Positions 37,736 to 48,748 of a stretch of 64,000 nucleotides of DNA are shown piece by piece. Location of the stretch: assembly GCA_963662315.1 (NCBI GenBank), contig OY759353.1:2656001-2720000 (forward strand). Reading direction: 5' to 3'. This DNA is from Geopsychrobacteraceae bacterium. GTDB lineage: Bacteria > Desulfobacterota > Desulfuromonadia > Desulfuromonadales > Geopsychrobacteraceae. The notes beneath the pieces are model-generated. The model made no database searches. It was given only the letters and a program-made list of their open reading frames with translations, and had not been told where the DNA came from. The stretch's first letter is position 1. Each line of letters starts with the position of its first letter. A program made the position numbers and the translations under genes.

Positions 37736-39700
37736 TCAACCGAAAATATAATAGCCGACGATCACGACTACGCCGACCACCATGGCCATCGCGTAGTTAT
37801 ACAAATAACCGGACTGGGTATAGCGTAAACCGGCACCAATACCTTTAATGACATAGGCACAGCCATTGACGATGCCATCAACGATGCGTACGTCTATGCC
37901 ACGCCACAGGAAAGTACCGATATTTTTGCAGGGATTGACAAATACGAAATCGTAGAGTTCATCAATGTACCACTTGTTAAAAACAACCTTGTAGGCACCG
38001 GCAAAGCGGGCGGTAATCTTGCCAGGCAGGGTGGTATTCTTAATGTACATATTCCAGGCGATAAAAATACCAACGACAGCAATAATCACCGAAATCGCCA
38101 TCATCATATATTCAGTTGCATGAGATCCATGTGCTTCAAGTTCATAAAGATGCTGGCTATGTTCGAACACAGGAGCAAGGAAATGTTCAAAACGATTGCT
38201 GCCACCCAGTACCGCAGGAACTCCTACATAACCGCCGACAACAGCAAGGAAACCCAGAACCATCAGCGGAATGGTGATCGTAAGGGGAGATTCTGGAATA
38301 TGATCTTTGGCACGGGCATCGGTCTTCTGCTCGCCAAAGAAAGTCATGAATACCAAACGGAACATGTAGAAGGCCGTCATACCAGCAGCGGCAGCACCGA
38401 TAAGCCAGAGCAACCAGTGCCCCCGGGTAGAACCAAACGCCCACCAGAGGATCTCATCTTTAGAGAAAAAGCCTGAGAACAGCGGGATACCGGAAATGGC
38501 GATGGTTGAAACCAGGAAGGTAACAAAGGTGATCGGCATTTTTTTGCGCAGTCCACCCATATTACGCATATCCTGAGGATCATCGTGCAGATGGGCATGG
38601 TGGTAAGCGTGATGCATGCCGTGAATAACCGAGCCGGAACCAAGGAACAGACAAGCCTTGAAGAAAGCGTGAGTCATCAGGTGGAATATACCGGCGGAGA
38701 AAGCTCCAACCCCCATAGCCAGGAACATGTAACCCAGCTGAGATACTGTTGAATAGGCCAGCACCCGTTTGATGTCGTTCTGAGCCAGACCGATCGTCGC
38801 AGCAAAAAAGGCTGTCAGAGCGCCGACAACAGCGATTGTCATCATCGTCGCCGGGGCCATGGCAAACAGGATGTTCATCCGGCCGATCATGTAAACACCG
38901 GCAGTAACCATGGTCGCGGCATGGATAAGGGCCGAAACCGGAGTCGGACCTTCCATCGCGTCAGGCAACCAGGTAAACAGAGGAATCTGTGCCGATTTAC
39001 CGGTTGCGCCAAGGAAGAAACACAGGGTCACAACCGTTACCAACACGCCTCCAGATTGCAGCAGATGAGCGTTCTCGGTAATTTCAACAAAGTTGATCGT
39101 CCAGATCCCTTTGTTTCCCAATGCCCAGAACAGGGTAAACAGACCACACAGGAACCCGAAGTCGCCAACACGGTTAACAACAAATGCTTTCTTGGCAGCA
39201 TCGCCGGCGCTCTTCTTTTCGAAGTAGTAACCGATCAGCAGGTAAGAACAGAGGCCAACACCTTCCCAGCCAATGAACATAACCAGGGCATTGCCGCCCA
39301 GAACCAGCATCAGCATTGAAAAAGCAAACAGGTTCAAATAGCTGAAGAAACGGTAAAAACCGACCTCACCGTGCATGTAGCCAATGGAGTACAGGTGAAT
39401 CAGAGTCCCTACCCCGGTAACAACCATAATCATGACGGCGGACAAAGGATCTAACAGAAACTCCCAGTTGACCTGCAAATCGCCAATGGAAATCCATGAG
39501 GCCATGACCAATTGATGCACTTTCTCAGTATCACCAAGTAGAGCATAAAAATTCTGTGCGGCGACCAGAAATGAGAGAAACATCATGACCGTAGCGATAC
39601 CGCCAATGACAGCCTCTTTTTTAATGCGTTTGCCCAACAGGCCGTTGATGATCGAACCGACCAGCGGGAAAAATGGGATGAGCCACAGATTACTGTACAT
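37736..39700 (-). CDS. nuoL: NADH-quinone oxidoreductase subunit L
   Basis: GWEGVG, KSAQIPL, WLPDAMEGPTP, HAFFKA. Confidence 0.96.
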   Translation of the reverse strand: MYSNLWLIPFFPLVGSIINGLLGKRIKKEAVIGGIATVMMFLSFLVAAQNFYALLGDTEKVHQLVMASWISIGDLQVNWEFLLDPLSAVMIMVVTGVGTLIHLYSIGYMHGEVGFYRFFSYLNLFAFSMLMLVLGGNALVMFIGWEGVGLCSYLLIGYYFEKKSAGDAAKKAFVVNRVGDFGFLCGLFTLFWALGNKGIWTINFVEITENAHLLQSGGVLVTVVTLCFFLGATGKSAQIPLFTWLPDAMEGPTPVSALIHAATMVTAGVYMIGRMNILFAMAPATMMTIAVVGALTAFFAATIGLAQNDIKRVLAYSTVSQLGYMFLAMGVGAFSAGIFHLMTHAFFKACLFLGSGSVIHGMHHAYHHAHLHDDPQDMRNMGGLRKKMPITFVTFLVSTIAISGIPLFSGFFSKDEILWWAFGSTRGHWLLWLIGAAAAGMTAFYMFRLVFMTFFGEQKTDARAKDHIPESPLTITIPLMVLGFLAVVGGYVGVPAVLGGSNRFEHFLAPVFEHSQHLYELEAHGSHATEYMMMAISVIIAVVGIFIAWNMYIKNTTLPGKITARFAGAYKVVFNKWYIDELYDFVFVNPCKNIGTFLWRGIDVRIVDGIVNGCAYVIKGIGAGLRYTQSGYLYNYAMAMVVGVVVIVGYYIFG

Positions 39701-39741
39701 CAAACTCTCCTATTAGCTGAAACACCCGTAACAGTGGAAAT

Positions 39742-40047
39742 CTACCACTTGAGGATTTTAAAATCGTCGACTTCAATCGATTCCCGGTTCCGGAAGAACG
39801 CGATCATCAAAGCCAGACCTACAGCTGCTTCAGCAGCAGCAACCGTCATTACAAAGAAAACAAATATCTGACCATCAAGATTGCCGACATGACGCGACAA
39901 GGCAATAAAGGTCAGGTTTACCGAGTTGAGCATAACTTCAATGCACATGAATATGACAATGGCATTCTTGCGGGTCAGAACCCCAAAAGTTCCGATGGCA
40001 AACAAGATGGCACTCAGCATCAGGTAGTGATTTACAGTAATCATCAT
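39742..40047 (-). CDS. nuoK: NADH-quinone oxidoreductase subunit K
   Basis: [17 protein letters not shown]. Confidence 0.95.
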   Translation of the reverse strand: MMITVNHYLMLSAILFAIGTFGVLTRKNAIVIFMCIEVMLNSVNLTFIALSRHVGNLDGQIFVFFVMTVAAAEAAVGLALMIAFFRNRESIEVDDFKILKW

Positions 40048-40070
40048 GTATCTCCCAAGCCCGGTCTCAA

Positions 40071-40574
40071 TCAAACTTTACGTTTAGAGAGGATAACGGC
40101 ACCGATAATAGCAACCAACAGTAAAATTGACGCGATTTCAAATGGTAGCAGGAAATCAACAAACAGCGCCTTACCGATCAATTCGGTATGACCAAACTGA
40201 TTGATGACGTCGGAAGTTATCGGGCCACCAGTCGCGGTTGCTTCACCACTGCGCAGGAACCCTGCTGTCACCAGCAGCATCAATACACCAAGAACGCCCC
40301 CTGCGGGCAATGCATGGGTATAGCGGCTTTTTGTTGCCAGGCCCAGATTGAGCAACATGATAACAAAGACGATCAGAACCATAATGGCGCCAGCGTAAAC
40401 CATAATCTGAATAGCAGCCATAAACGGTGCTTCAAGCATGATGTAAAGAACGGCCAGACAGATAAAAGTCGTCACCAGATTCAGCGCACTGTTGACCGGA
40501 TTACGACACTTGGTGACGAAAAAGGCCGAAACAATCGCAACAAAAGCGGTGAGATAAAATAAAAACGCTTCCAT
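40071..40574 (-). CDS. nuoJ: NADH-quinone oxidoreductase subunit J
   Basis: [18 protein letters not shown]. Confidence 0.95.
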   Translation of the reverse strand: MEAFLFYLTAFVAIVSAFFVTKCRNPVNSALNLVTTFICLAVLYIMLEAPFMAAIQIMVYAGAIMVLIVFVIMLLNLGLATKSRYTHALPAGGVLGVLMLLVTAGFLRSGEATATGGPITSDVINQFGHTELIGKALFVDFLLPFEIASILLLVAIIGAVILSKRKV

Positions 40575-40591
40575 AATAATGAGGCTCCTTG

Positions 40592-40990
40592 TTACGACTT
40601 GAGTAGACGTTCTTTGTCGAACATGAAATCATCCCGTTTATAGTTTGCCAGTTCGTAAGCGCTCGTCATCTCGATAGCTTCAACCGGGCAAGCCTCAACA
40701 CAGTAGCCACAGAAAATGCAGCGTAACATGTCGATTTCATAAACCCTGGGATACTTTTCCCCTTTTTCGTTCTCTGCGGACTCGACGGTAATACACTTAG
40801 CCGGACACACCGTCGGGCAGAGATAGCAGGCAACGCATTTTTCCCGATGCTGGGTTGGAACCAGACGATGCAGCCCGCGAAAACGCGGAGACATCTGCAG
40901 CTTCTGTTTAGGATATTGAACCGTAGTGGTGTTTCCCGGCAACAGATGCTTCAGTGTGATACTCAAGCCTTTGGCAAACTCTTTAAACAT
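40592..40990 (-). CDS. nuoI: NADH-quinone oxidoreductase subunit I
   Basis: Two CxxCxxCxxxCP motifs; RFRGLH. Confidence 0.95.
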   Translation of the reverse strand: MFKEFAKGLSITLKHLLPGNTTTVQYPKQKLQMSPRFRGLHRLVPTQHREKCVACYLCPTVCPAKCITVESAENEKGEKYPRVYEIDMLRCIFCGYCVEACPVEAIEMTSAYELANYKRDDFMFDKERLLKS

Positions 40991-41013
40991 AGCTATCCTC
41001 TACACAACGATGT

Positions 41014-42075
41014 TTACTGCCAGAGCAGAATGGCAAACCCGGTAAAGACAATATTCGCAATCGCCAGGGGCAACATAACCTTCCAACCGATATACATAAG
41101 CTGGTCATAACGCAGACGCGGCAACGTGGCTCGGATCCAGATAAAGAAGAACATGAAGGCAAAAATCTTGATCAGGAAGTTGATCCAGCCCCAGAACGGT
41201 CCACCCCATCCACCGAGGAACAGGGTTGCCCCGATCGCTGAAACAGTGATCATATTGGCGTACTCAGCCATAAAGAACAGGGCATACTTCATTGAGGAAT
41301 ATTCGGTACAGAAACCGGAAACCAGCTCGGTCTCCGCCTCAGGGAGGTCAAATGGGGTCCGGTTGACTTCGGCCATAGAGCCGACTACGAACAGGCAGAA
41401 GGCCAGCGGCTGGGTGAAGATATACCAGTCAGGAATCCAGCTGAGGGCCTGAACTCCCCAGAGCGGCCCTTGCTGTGCCAGTACGATACCGCGCATGCTG
41501 AGAGTTTCAGAGAGCATAAAGACTGAGATGATCGATAAGCCGGCGGCCAACTCGTAGGAAATCATCTGGGCCGAGGAACGGATACCACCCAGCAATGAAT
41601 ATTTACTGTTTGAGGCCAGACCGGCAAGAACGATCCCGTAAACACCCAGTCCCGCCATAGCCAGAATGAACAGAACACCGATGTTAAGATCAGCAATCTG
41701 CAAAGGCACCGTGTAAAGCGTGCCGTCATAGGTAAAGTGGAAGTCTCCACCAAACGGGATAACGCAAATGGCGACAAAGGCTGGTGCCAGAATCATCATC
41801 GGAGCCAGAATAAAGGCAAACCAATGAGCCTCGGCAGGAATGATATCTTCCTTGAAGAACAGCTTCAAACCATCAGCGATCGGCTGCAGCAAACCTTTCG
41901 GACCGGTCATTGTCGGCCCCATCCGGGTCTGCATCGCCCCAATGATTTTTCTTTCGGCGTAGGTTGCATAGGCGACAATCAGCAGCATAACCACGAATGC
42001 TACAGCGATCTTGATCAACATGGCCGCGGTATACAAATAGGGAGTATCCGAGAGTGTCAGAACTTCTGGCGTCAT
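41014..42075 (-). CDS. nuoH: NADH-quinone oxidoreductase subunit H
   Basis: GLLQPIADGLKL, AQMISYE, PFDLPEAETELV. Confidence 0.96.
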   Translation of the reverse strand: MTPEVLTLSDTPYLYTAAMLIKIAVAFVVMLLIVAYATYAERKIIGAMQTRMGPTMTGPKGLLQPIADGLKLFFKEDIIPAEAHWFAFILAPMMILAPAFVAICVIPFGGDFHFTYDGTLYTVPLQIADLNIGVLFILAMAGLGVYGIVLAGLASNSKYSLLGGIRSSAQMISYELAAGLSIISVFMLSETLSMRGIVLAQQGPLWGVQALSWIPDWYIFTQPLAFCLFVVGSMAEVNRTPFDLPEAETELVSGFCTEYSSMKYALFFMAEYANMITVSAIGATLFLGGWGGPFWGWINFLIKIFAFMFFFIWIRATLPRLRYDQLMYIGWKVMLPLAIANIVFTGFAILLWQ

Positions 42076-42157
42076 GACCATCCTCTTCCTTCATCAGTCT
42101 ATGGCATTACTGCCGATTTCAGCCGGCCACAATTGACCGGCAACTCCAAAATGAAAA

Positions 42158-44629
42158 TTATAACTTAACCGGTTCCACAATAATGGCAGGTTGGCCGGTA
42201 TAAATTTCATTCAAGCCCAGAGAACCGAAATGATAGGGGGCAAACAGCACACCTTTCGGCAGGCGACGATCAACTTTGACCTTGGCCTTAATCTCGCCAC
42301 CGGCAGCCTTAAGCTTAAGCATGTCGCCATCAACCAATTGCAGCTCATTGGCGTCTTCACGTCCGACTTCAATATAGGGCTCAGCGACAACAGCCAGAGG
42401 CCCCTTCGCGTGAGTGGAAACTGTACCACTATGATACAGAGCACTACCAACCAGAAGCTGATACGCCCCATCAATCGGATCTGCGCCAGCAACAGCAACC
42501 AGTTTACGGGTCACAGGTGCTAACGTTTCTCCACCCCAAACTTGCCCCTGCGCGCTAATCTCATTCAGCTTGATCCCGGCATAAGCAGGGGTTTCTGCGA
42601 CCAGAGCGGCAAACGCTTCAGCCGGTGTAGCAGGAGCCTGGACACCAAGAAGAGTCAGAAGCTCCTGGAAAATCGCAAAATCAGTTTTTACCTCACCCGG
42701 GGATTTGATCCCGACCCGCAGGCGCTGAATACGCCGTTCGGCATTGGTAAAGGTTCCATCCTTTTCAGCAAAAGAAGCTGCCGGCAGAATCACGTCAGCC
42801 TTTTTGGCGGTCTCATTCAGAAACATATCCTGGACAATCAAGAACGGTACCGTAAGTGCTTTATCAACCAGCTTCTTGTCAGGGTAAGAAACCAGCATAT
42901 CCTCACCAACAACATAAAGGGTCCTTATATCACCCGAGGCGGCAGCCTGGAGCAGTTGCTGAGCACCAAGACCGCCGGGACCCGGCATGATACCAAGATC
43001 AATTGCCCCCTGACTGTTGGCTTTTTCCCCGCAGAGGTAAAGCCCTGAGCCCGGGCGGCCGGCGATACCGGTCAACAACGCCAGATTAGCCGCTGCGGCC
43101 CCCAGTTGTTTACTGTACGCGGTATAAGGCAAACCGTAGGCCAGCAGAATTGCAGCATTCGCAGCTGTAGCCAATTCGCGAGCGGTTTTCTTGATGGCCT
43201 CAGCATCGGTACCTGCTGCCTTGGCGACTTTTTCCGGAGTAAAATTTTTCAGCGACTTCTTAAGCTCGTCTAGCCCCTCAAGCCCCTCACCCTTGACCAG
43301 GTCCTCGCTCAAAATCACCTGGCACAGGGCATTAAGCACATTCAACTCCATCCCCGGCTTGTGCAGCAGAGTTCTGGCATGAGGCAACTTGTCGAGCTTA
43401 CCCTTTTTGTCTGCAACAACAGAGAGCTGAGCTTCATTACGACGCACTGCCTGATTGACCACCATACCGAAAACCGGGTGGGTCTCATAAAAATCGGAAC
43501 GAATTGCCAGAATCGCGTTGCATTTTTCGACTTGTGGGAAGGTTGCCGTTGATGCTGCAATTCCCAGGACCTCTTGCACCCCTTCTGTCACCCCTTTGTA
43601 ACACTCACCACCTGAGTGATCGAGATTGCCAGTACCAAGAGCCTTGGCAATGTTCTTCGTCAGAAACAGTTCTTCATTGCTTAAGCGGGCACCGGTAATA
43701 ATTCCGACATTCTGCTCAGCGGACTTAAGATTGGCGACAACCGCATTGAGAGCCTCCTGCCAGGTCGACTCTTTGAGCTCACCGTTCACTCTGACCAAAG
43801 GCTTAGTAATACGTTCCTTGCTATTGACATAGGAATAACCGAAACGACCGCGAACACAAAGGTTACCATCGTTGACCCCTGTTTTATCGTTAAAGCGGAT
43901 CGTTTCAACTTCATTGTCCTTAACGCCAAGAGTGACGGTACAACCGTTACCACAATAACCACAAACGGAGTCAACTTCGGTCAACTGCCATGGGCGGGCC
44001 TTGAACTTGAATGGCCGTGGCAGAATAGCGCCAACCGGACAAAGAGAGACACATTGCCCGCAGAACTCGCAATTCAGCCCCCGGTCAAATGCAGTGGCAA
44101 TTTTGGTCTCGAAGCCACGATTGATAAACGAATACGATCCGAAGCCGACAACCTCGTCGCAAACACGGACACACTTACCGCACAGAACACAACGATTCAT
44201 ATTGCGTTCAATCAGAGGATTGACCTCATCTTTGGGAAGATCAAACTTCTCCCCTTTAAAACGGTTCGTAACGACCTCGTATTCGTAGGTCAGATCTTGC
44301 AGATCACATTCCCCGCCCTTATCGCAGACCGGGCAATCAACAACGTGATTAACCAGCAGGAATTCAAGAACGGTTTTACGAACCTTGCGAATTTCATCAG
44401 ACATGGTCGTAACGACCATCCCTTCTGTAACCGGAGTTGTACAGGACGGAATCAGACGTCCCTTCATCTGCTCTACTTCAACAAGACAGATTCGGCAAGC
44501 ACCGTAAGGAAGCAGTTTTTTTGCATAGCACAGCACCGGAATATAAATTCCGTTCTCCTTAGCCGCCTCGTAGATTGTAGACGTCTTGCTGGTAGTTATC
44601 TGTTTTCCGTCAATCGTCAGGTTAACCAT
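42158..44629 (-). CDS. nuoG: NADH-quinone oxidoreductase subunit G
   Basis: CRICLVE, HVVDCPVCDKGGECDLQ, CVLCGKCVRVC, CEFCGQCVSLCP, CGYCGNGC; molybdopterin-like C-terminus. Confidence 0.93.
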   Translation of the reverse strand: MVNLTIDGKQITTSKTSTIYEAAKENGIYIPVLCYAKKLLPYGACRICLVEVEQMKGRLIPSCTTPVTEGMVVTTMSDEIRKVRKTVLEFLLVNHVVDCPVCDKGGECDLQDLTYEYEVVTNRFKGEKFDLPKDEVNPLIERNMNRCVLCGKCVRVCDEVVGFGSYSFINRGFETKIATAFDRGLNCEFCGQCVSLCPVGAILPRPFKFKARPWQLTEVDSVCGYCGNGCTVTLGVKDNEVETIRFNDKTGVNDGNLCVRGRFGYSYVNSKERITKPLVRVNGELKESTWQEALNAVVANLKSAEQNVGIITGARLSNEELFLTKNIAKALGTGNLDHSGGECYKGVTEGVQEVLGIAASTATFPQVEKCNAILAIRSDFYETHPVFGMVVNQAVRRNEAQLSVVADKKGKLDKLPHARTLLHKPGMELNVLNALCQVILSEDLVKGEGLEGLDELKKSLKNFTPEKVAKAAGTDAEAIKKTARELATAANAAILLAYGLPYTAYSKQLGAAAANLALLTGIAGRPGSGLYLCGEKANSQGAIDLGIMPGPGGLGAQQLLQAAASGDIRTLYVVGEDMLVSYPDKKLVDKALTVPFLIVQDMFLNETAKKADVILPAASFAEKDGTFTNAERRIQRLRVGIKSPGEVKTDFAIFQELLTLLGVQAPATPAEAFAALVAETPAYAGIKLNEISAQGQVWGGETLAPVTRKLVAVAGADPIDGAYQLLVGSALYHSGTVSTHAKGPLAVVAEPYIEVGREDANELQLVDGDMLKLKAAGGEIKAKVKVDRRLPKGVLFAPYHFGSLGLNEIYTGQPAIIVEPVKL

Positions 44630-44662
44630 CTTGACCTCGTATAGCTTCAGCAGTGTATGCGT

Positions 44663-46444
44663 TTACTCAATAGCCATAAAGCGGCAGGCATCGTAACAGG
44701 ATGTACACCTGGTGCATTTGTTCAGATCGATGGATGCGACCTGCCCTTTTTCCCAGGTAATGGCATCTACCGGACAGACCTTAGGACACATACCGCATTT
44801 CTTACATTTATCTTCAACAACCCGGAAATGAAGCAGCGGTTTACAGGAGTGAGATGGACATTCCTTCTCCTTGATGTGTGCTTCATATTCATGTCGGAAA
44901 TAGCGAATCGTTGACAGAACCGGATTCGGCGCCGTCTGCCCCAGACCACACAGCGAACTTTTCTTGATATCGTAGGCCATATCCTGCAGCAGTTCGATGT
45001 CCCCTTCACGACCTTCACCGGCACAGATTCGCTCGAGGATCTCAAGCATGATCTTCAGACCAATACGGCAGGGAATACACTTGCCACACGACTCGACCCG
45101 GGTAAAGTTCAAGAAGAAGCGAGCAATATCAACCATACAGGTGGTCTCGTCCATAACAACCAGACCACCGGAACCCATCATCGCGCCGGCTTTGATCAGA
45201 GAATCATAGTCGACCTCTGCATCCAGAGCCTCAGCGGGCAGGCAACCGCCGGAAGGACCACCGGCCTGAACCGCCTTGAATTTGCGGTTATTGAGAATTC
45301 CACCACAAACATCGTAAATGACTTCCTTCATGGTGGTCCCGGCCGGGACCTCAACCAGGCCAGTATGTTTGACTTTGCCGGTCAAAGCAAAAATCTTGGT
45401 CCCCTTGGTCCCTTCGGTTCCGATGGAGGAATACCAGTCGGCACCGTTGTAGAAGATATAGGCGACGTTGGCATAGGTTTCAACATTGTTGATATTGGTC
45501 GGCTTGCCCCACAAACCACGCACAGCTGGAAACGGCGGACGCGGACGGGACATGCCCCGTTGCCCCTCAATCGAGGCCATCAGCGCGGTTTCCTCGCCAC
45601 AGACGAAAGCGCCGGCTCCGGCCTTGATCCGCACATCCAGATCAAAACCCAGCCCCATGCAGTTCTTGCCAAGGAAACCTTTTTCGTAGCAGGTATCAAT
45701 CGCCAGCTGCAGTCGCTTAATCGCCAGGGGATATTCAGCACGGACATAGACATAGGCAAAGCTACAGCCGATGGCATAAGCACCGATCATCATCCCCTCA
45801 ATCAGGCCATAGGGGTCCCCTTCAAGAACCGAGCGGTCCATAAACGCGCCCGGATCACCTTCGTCGGCATTACAGATCAGATATTTCTCTGTTCCGGCAG
45901 AGGCCCTGGCAAAGGTCCACTTCATTCCGGTCGGAAAGCCACCGCCCCCACGCCCGCGCAGACCAGACTTTTTGACTTCCTGAATAACTTCATCAGGAGT
46001 CATGGTGACTGCTTTTTTAATCCCTTTAAAGCCATTGTGAGCAAGAAAATCATCAAGACTTTCAGCATCAATGGTTCCGCAACGCGAAAAGATTATACGC
46101 TGCTGTTTTTCCAGGAACTTATGGTAATAAGGACCTGCCACTTTCTTTTCGACCGGTCCCTCACCCAGGATATGCTCTTCAACAATCTGGGGAACCAGCT
46201 CGGGAGTAACAAAGTCATAGGTAACAGCTTCTTTGCCCGGCATGCAGACATCGACAAGCACATCGTTGGCACACAGACCGCGGCACCCGGTTCCGTTGAT
46301 ATCACAAGCATTACCAATTTTTCCGGTAACCCCATGCTTTTCGAACTCAGCCTCAAACGCCTTTACGACATCAGCCGCACCGGACGCCAAACCACCGGTT
46401 CCCGTACACACCAGAATTTTCAAATTTTCAGCAGTTTCGGACAT
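44663..46444 (-). CDS. nuoF: NADH-quinone oxidoreductase subunit F, long HydB-like form
   Basis: GRGGGGFP, NADEGDPG, CGEETAL, ESCGKCIPCRIG; extra N-terminal Cys domain and C-terminal 2x[4Fe-4S]. Confidence 0.93.
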   Translation of the reverse strand: MSETAENLKILVCTGTGGLASGAADVVKAFEAEFEKHGVTGKIGNACDINGTGCRGLCANDVLVDVCMPGKEAVTYDFVTPELVPQIVEEHILGEGPVEKKVAGPYYHKFLEKQQRIIFSRCGTIDAESLDDFLAHNGFKGIKKAVTMTPDEVIQEVKKSGLRGRGGGGFPTGMKWTFARASAGTEKYLICNADEGDPGAFMDRSVLEGDPYGLIEGMMIGAYAIGCSFAYVYVRAEYPLAIKRLQLAIDTCYEKGFLGKNCMGLGFDLDVRIKAGAGAFVCGEETALMASIEGQRGMSRPRPPFPAVRGLWGKPTNINNVETYANVAYIFYNGADWYSSIGTEGTKGTKIFALTGKVKHTGLVEVPAGTTMKEVIYDVCGGILNNRKFKAVQAGGPSGGCLPAEALDAEVDYDSLIKAGAMMGSGGLVVMDETTCMVDIARFFLNFTRVESCGKCIPCRIGLKIMLEILERICAGEGREGDIELLQDMAYDIKKSSLCGLGQTAPNPVLSTIRYFRHEYEAHIKEKECPSHSCKPLLHFRVVEDKCKKCGMCPKVCPVDAITWEKGQVASIDLNKCTRCTSCYDACRFMAIE

Positions 46445-46484
46445 AAAGCATTCCTTGCTATCTGCGTATGGTATAAGACCAGAA

Positions 46485-46988
46485 TCAGTCCATTTCCTTG
46501 TACTTAGCAATAACCTCGTCCATCTTCTGGACCGTCATACTGCCATAAGTCGAATCGTTAACCATGATAACCGGTGCCATGCCGCAAGCGCCGATACAGG
46601 CGACATATTCAGCTGTAAACTTAAGATCGGGAGTGGTCTCTGCATGGGCTATGCCCAGACGATCCTTGAGCGTATCACCGATACGACCAGCTCCTTTGAC
46701 GTGACAGGCCGTCCCCATACAGACCCGTACAATATATTTCCCTCGTGGTTTCAGGTGGAACTGAGCATAAAAGGTCAAAACCCCATAGATCTGACTTGGG
46801 TACACATTCAGACGCTCAGCTGCCAGGAAAACAGTCTCTTCAGGAACATAGCCATAAGCTTCCTGAATACCCTGCAACACAGGCATCAGATTGCCATGCA
46901 TATCCAGGTACTTATCGATAACCTCATTGGCAGCGGTCAAATCGACTTCTTGCTCCTGATTTTGCACTTGTGCGGCGTTTTCAGTCAT
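46485..46988 (-). CDS. nuoE: NADH-quinone oxidoreductase subunit E
   Basis: VCMGTACHVKG, ACIGACGMAP. Confidence 0.94.
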   Translation of the reverse strand: MTENAAQVQNQEQEVDLTAANEVIDKYLDMHGNLMPVLQGIQEAYGYVPEETVFLAAERLNVYPSQIYGVLTFYAQFHLKPRGKYIVRVCMGTACHVKGAGRIGDTLKDRLGIAHAETTPDLKFTAEYVACIGACGMAPVIMVNDSTYGSMTVQKMDEVIAKYKEMD

Positions 46989-47014
46989 AATGTCCTCTTA
47001 AACACTACGAATTA

Positions 47015-48199
47015 TTAACGATCGATCTCGCCGAGCACGATATCGAGAGTACCGATTACAGCAATAACATCGGCCAGCAGACGCCCTTCGACCATTTGTG
47101 GAAGAGCCTGCAGATTGACAAAAGACGGCGGACGGATTCTCATGCGATAAGGATGCGCCGACCCATCGGAAACCAGGTAGTAGCCCAGCTCCCCTTTAGG
47201 GGCTTCAACACTTTGATAAATCTCGCCGGGCTCAGGCTTAAACCCTTCCGTGATAATTTTGAAGTGATGGATCAGACCTTCAATGGAATTCACAACATCT
47301 TTTTTGGGTGGCAAGACTATTTTCGGACAATCGGCCAGAATCGGTCCCGCCTTAAGCTTATCGAGAGCCTGCAGAATGATGCGACTGGATTGGCGCATTT
47401 CATCAAGACGCACTTTGTAACGGGCAAAGGTATCCCCTTCTTCACGGACCGGCACGTCAAAATCATACTCTTCGTAACCACTGTAGGGATTATCACGACG
47501 CAAGTCCCAATCAATTCCTGACCCACGCAGAGCCGGACCGGTAATCCCGATATCAATCGCGGCCTCTGCGCTGATGTGGCCAACGCCCATGGTCCGCTTT
47601 TGCCAGATCTTGTTGCCAGTCAGCAGTCCCTCATACTCATCGATATGGGCAGGCATCGATTCCGCAAAGGAGCGAATCTCCTGTTCAAGGCCATCAGGAA
47701 AGTCGGCGGACAAGCCGCCAACACGGAAATAACTTGACGTCATCCGCGCTCCGGAAACCTTTTCATAGATATCCATGACACATTCACGCTCACGGAAACA
47801 GTAAAGGAAAACGGTCATGGCGCCGATATCGAGGGCATGACAGGCCAACCACACCAGGTGACTTTTAAGGCGGGTCAACTCGGCCATGATCACGCGGATA
47901 CGCTGGGCACGTTCTGGAATTTGATCAGTGATGCCCAGTAGCTTTTCAACAGCGAGAACATACCCGAGGTTATTACTCATAGGTGCCAGGTAATCCAGGC
48001 GGTCAGTCAACGGAATAACCTGATGATAGGTACGATGCTCGGACAGTTTCTCAATGCCACGGTGAAGGAAACCGATATGCGGGGTGGCTTTTTTGACGAT
48101 CTCGCCATCGAGCTCAAGGATCAACTGAAGCACCCCGTGCGTGGATGGATGCTGGGGCCCCATGTTGATGGTCATTGTTTCGGTGGTATTTGCTGCCAT
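47015..48199 (-). CDS. nuoD: NADH-quinone oxidoreductase subunit D
   Basis: GPQHPSTHG, HRGIEK, DIVLGEIDR. Confidence 0.96.
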   Translation of the reverse strand: MAANTTETMTINMGPQHPSTHGVLQLILELDGEIVKKATPHIGFLHRGIEKLSEHRTYHQVIPLTDRLDYLAPMSNNLGYVLAVEKLLGITDQIPERAQRIRVIMAELTRLKSHLVWLACHALDIGAMTVFLYCFRERECVMDIYEKVSGARMTSSYFRVGGLSADFPDGLEQEIRSFAESMPAHIDEYEGLLTGNKIWQKRTMGVGHISAEAAIDIGITGPALRGSGIDWDLRRDNPYSGYEEYDFDVPVREEGDTFARYKVRLDEMRQSSRIILQALDKLKAGPILADCPKIVLPPKKDVVNSIEGLIHHFKIITEGFKPEPGEIYQSVEAPKGELGYYLVSDGSAHPYRMRIRPPSFVNLQALPQMVEGRLLADVIAVIGTLDIVLGEIDR

Positions 48200-48236
48200 T
48201 TTATGCCTCGTCCTAAAAAGGATTATCTATAAAACG

Positions 48237-48719
48237 TTATGAGAGCCGACCTTTATAAGGCTCGCGATCAGGACCCTGAACCGGATAGTCCTTACGCAAT
48301 GGGTGTCCTTCCCAATCGACAGGCATAAGGATGCGACGCGGATCAGGATGATTATTAAAAGAAATCCCCATCAGGTCCCATACCTCACGCTCCAGCCAGT
48401 TGGCGGTACCCCAGATACCGGAAACCGTATCGATAGTCGCATCGGCCTCTTCAAGCGGAGCCTTGATCCGAAAACGTTCTTTGGTGGCAATATTGTAAAG
48501 GTTATACACCACCATGTAGCGCGGAGCCTGCCCCATATAATCAACAGAGCAAAGGTCACAAAGGAGATTGTAGCCACACGCTGCTTTCATAAAAGCGCAG
48601 ATATCGACAATCCGCTCCTTTTTAACGATCACGGTTGTCTCACCGCGAAACTCGACAACATCGATAATTTCAGCTGAGAACCGGGACTTTAACTTTTCAA
48701 CAATCATTTGATCGCTCAT
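48237..48719 (-). CDS. nuoC: NADH-quinone oxidoreductase subunit C
   Basis: ANWLEREVWD, GHPLRKDYP. Confidence 0.96.
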   Translation of the reverse strand: MSDQMIVEKLKSRFSAEIIDVVEFRGETTVIVKKERIVDICAFMKAACGYNLLCDLCSVDYMGQAPRYMVVYNLYNIATKERFRIKAPLEEADATIDTVSGIWGTANWLEREVWDLMGISFNNHPDPRRILMPVDWEGHPLRKDYPVQGPDREPYKGRLS

Positions 48720-48748
48720 TGATTTTTCCCTGTCATGCTAACGCCTTA

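Noticed and set aside
45365..46507. 380-aa plus-strand ORF
   Set aside because: Antisense shadow of nuoF.
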